Assembly: GCA_047601445.1 (NCBI GenBank)
Contig: JASGJH010000001.1
Location: 6,336,001-6,400,000, forward strand
Origin: Myxococcales bacterium
Lineage (GTDB): Bacteria; Myxococcota_A; Polyangia; Polyangiales; DASUME01
Direction of reading: 5' to 3'
Length of the DNA stretch: 64,000 bases
The notes under the pieces are model-generated. The model saw only the letters and a list, made by a program, of their open reading frames with translations, made no database searches and was not told where the DNA came from. Position 1 is the first letter of the stretch; every line of letters begins with the position of its first letter. Position numbers and translations under genes: made by a program. This document shows, one piece after another, positions 62,189 through 64,000 of the stretch.

Positions 62189-63139
62189 ATGAGCTCACGC
62201 GAGTCCTGCACATCATCCTTCTTCGGTCACCGAGTCTCGATACCGCTCGCACTTCTGCTGCTGTGTTCATGCGAGCCGACGTCTACCAGTCGAGCTCCGA
62301 GCTCGACGCCCGACAACGAGGCTCATGGCGATCGGGTTGGAGACGGGGATGGGAATGGAGACGGCGACAGCCCCTCCGATCCGGAGGACGATCGTCCGAC
62401 CGACGACGCAGGCGATCCCGGCGACGATCGCGACGTGCCCGATGCTGGGGACACTGACGACGGCGAGCGCGACGCTGGTGCTGGCAATCCAGCAGGAGAT
62501 GGCGATGGAGACGGCCTTCCCGAGGCGGAGCCGACCATCGTGGGCAAGGGTGGAATCGTGCACTCCACCATCGTGGTGCAGGCGGGTGAGGTGTTCGACG
62601 GCGACAACAAACGTTATACGGCAGGCTCCGAGCTCGGCGACGGCAGTCAGAGTGAGACCCAGAAGCCTGTCTTCAAGCTAGAAGACGGCGCCAGACTCCA
62701 GAACGTGGTGCTCGGTTCACCTGCGGCCGATGGCATCCACACCCACGGAGACGTGACGCTGAAAAACATCCACTGGGAAGACATCGGCGAAGACGCTCTG
62801 ACGATCAAGGCGTCGGGCACCGTGGTGCTCGACGGGGGCTCCGCACAAGACGGTGAGGACAAGGTCTTTCAGATCAACGCCGCGAGCACGTTCCATGTGA
62901 TGAACTTCGAGGCGCACAACGCGGGCAAGTTCATTCGTCAAAACGGCGGTACCAAGTTCAAAGTCGACGTGATCATCGACCACTGTGACATCTCCAGGAT
63001 GGACGAAGCCATCTTCCGCACCGACAGCGATGTGAGCACGGTGGCGATGCACGACACCCGCTACAGCGAGATCGGCAAGGAACTCTTCATGGGCGTCGAA
63101 CCTGGGAACGTCACCCAATCGGGCAACACCGAGTACTGA
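62189..63139 (+). CDS. pectate lyase, family PL3, lipoprotein with acidic linker
   Basis: LGDGSQSETQKPVFKLE.GA.L.NVVLG..AADGIH, WEDIGEDALT.K, DKVFQ.N, GKFIRQNG. Confidence 0.9.
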   Translation: MSSRESCTSSFFGHRVSIPLALLLLCSCEPTSTSRAPSSTPDNEAHGDRVGDGDGNGDGDSPSDPEDDRPTDDAGDPGDDRDVPDAGDTDDGERDAGAGNPAGDGDGDGLPEAEPTIVGKGGIVHSTIVVQAGEVFDGDNKRYTAGSELGDGSQSETQKPVFKLEDGARLQNVVLGSPAADGIHTHGDVTLKNIHWEDIGEDALTIKASGTVVLDGGSAQDGEDKVFQINAASTFHVMNFEAHNAGKFIRQNGGTKFKVDVIIDHCDISRMDEAIFRTDSDVSTVAMHDTRYSEIGKELFMGVEPGNVTQSGNTEY

Positions 63140-63181
63140 CGCATCACGTGCTTCGGCGTCGGCGCCGGGCGAAAGGAAAAC

Positions 63182-64000
63182 ATGTCAGCGTGGTCCAAGC
63201 GGGCGCGTCTCTGCGCCCTGCTGCTCACGGCGAGTGGCTGCAGCAATGGAACCGAGCCTCACACGCAAGCCGGTGCGGGCGATGGGGACGGCTCCGCCTC
63301 CCTGGAAGGCGACGCGGGCTCCCCGGAGCAAGGGGACGGCAGCGACGACAGCGACCAAGGGGATGGTGGCTCCGAGTCCGTCGAAGATTGCGTGCAAGGT
63401 ACGTACGCAGCCATGGCGCGCCCGCTGGATATGTTCATATTGCTCGATCAATCCGGCTCGATGACCGAAGACGACGATCGCTGGACCCCGACCACGGAGG
63501 CGATCGCGAGCTTCGTGGAGACCTCGGGCATTGCGCGCACCGGGGTTGCCCTGCAGTATTTCCCGCTCGGCTCGAGCGACGCAGAGAAATGCGAGAGCGA
63601 GCGCTACGAGGAACCTGACGTGGCGATGGGTGAGCTGCCTGGCAATGCCATGGCCATCACGTCGTCCCTGACGGCTCACTACTTCGATCAGGCGGGCTGC
63701 TGCACCGACGAACACAGCGGCACGCCGACCCGGCCGGCCGTCGAGGGAGCGATCGCCTACATGCGGACCCACCTCGGCAAGCATCCGGACCACGTGGGCG
63801 TGCTCCTGCTGGCCACCGACGGGGAGCCGAGCGACGTGTGCGACGACAACAAAGTCGAAGACGTGGCGAAGGTGATCCGAGCGGCCGCCATGAGCTCCCC
63901 ACCCATCCGCACCTACGTCATCGGGATTGGCAAAGACGAACAACTCGCCGAGATGGCGGAGGCGGGCGGCACCGGACGCGGGCCCATTGCCATCGATGGT
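63182..64000 (+). CDS. vWA-domain lipoprotein (CglB-like), truncated by the window end; absent from the ORF track
   Basis: AAAGGAAA RBS, ATG 63182, ASGC lipobox, MIDAS LLDQSGSM, GTPT, LATDGEP, TYVIG, MAEAGGT. Confidence 0.85.
   Translation, partial: MSAWSKRARLCALLLTASGCSNGTEPHTQAGAGDGDGSASLEGDAGSPEQGDGSDDSDQGDGGSESVEDCVQGTYAAMARPLDMFILLDQSGSMTEDDDRWTPTTEAIASFVETSGIARTGVALQYFPLGSSDAEKCESERYEEPDVAMGELPGNAMAITSSLTAHYFDQAGCCTDEHSGTPTRPAVEGAIAYMRTHLGKHPDHVGVLLLATDGEPSDVCDDNKVEDVAKVIRAAAMSSPPIRTYVIGIGKDEQLAEMAEAGGTGRGPIAIDG

Overview
GC-rich window whose gene content (Hanks kinase-ATPase-TPR protein, ECF sigma/anti-sigma pairs, many Cys-rich lipoproteins, a CglB-like vWA lipoprotein) points to a myxobacterium, probably Polyangiales (inference). 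It carries: an RNA-modification cluster (rluC, rlmM-like, YfiF-like TrmH, Trm112-like); a GAF-domain sigma54 activator co-encoded with a metallo-beta-lactamase-fold hydrolase, behind a clear sigma54 promoter and two NtrC-type enhancer palindromes; two paralogous four-gene modules (beta-barrel protein, ECF sigma, anti-sigma, secreted protein); mutY; dipeptidyl peptidase III; a lipA + 2-oxoacid dehydrogenase E1a/E1b/E2 operon; TPP riboswitch-thiC; a complete Tad/Flp pilus locus; an NfeD-flotillin pair; an ABC-2 exporter with lasso-type RRE (B1) and B2 peptidase but no visible cyclase or precursor; a PL3 pectate lyase. A ~95-101 bp multi-hairpin intergenic repeat occurs about 7 times, with one further hairpin remnant interrupted by a MITE-like palindrome. 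Five genes have single-base frameshifts that look like sequencing or assembly errors. Best candidates for an undescribed system: (1) the putative cyclic-nucleotide-sensing GAF activator/MBL feedback operon, (2) the repeated ECF trans-envelope module, (3) the orphan RRE/B2/ABC cassette. No tRNA, rRNA, CRISPR array or transposase was seen. All family assignments come from motif recognition by eye, not database searches.
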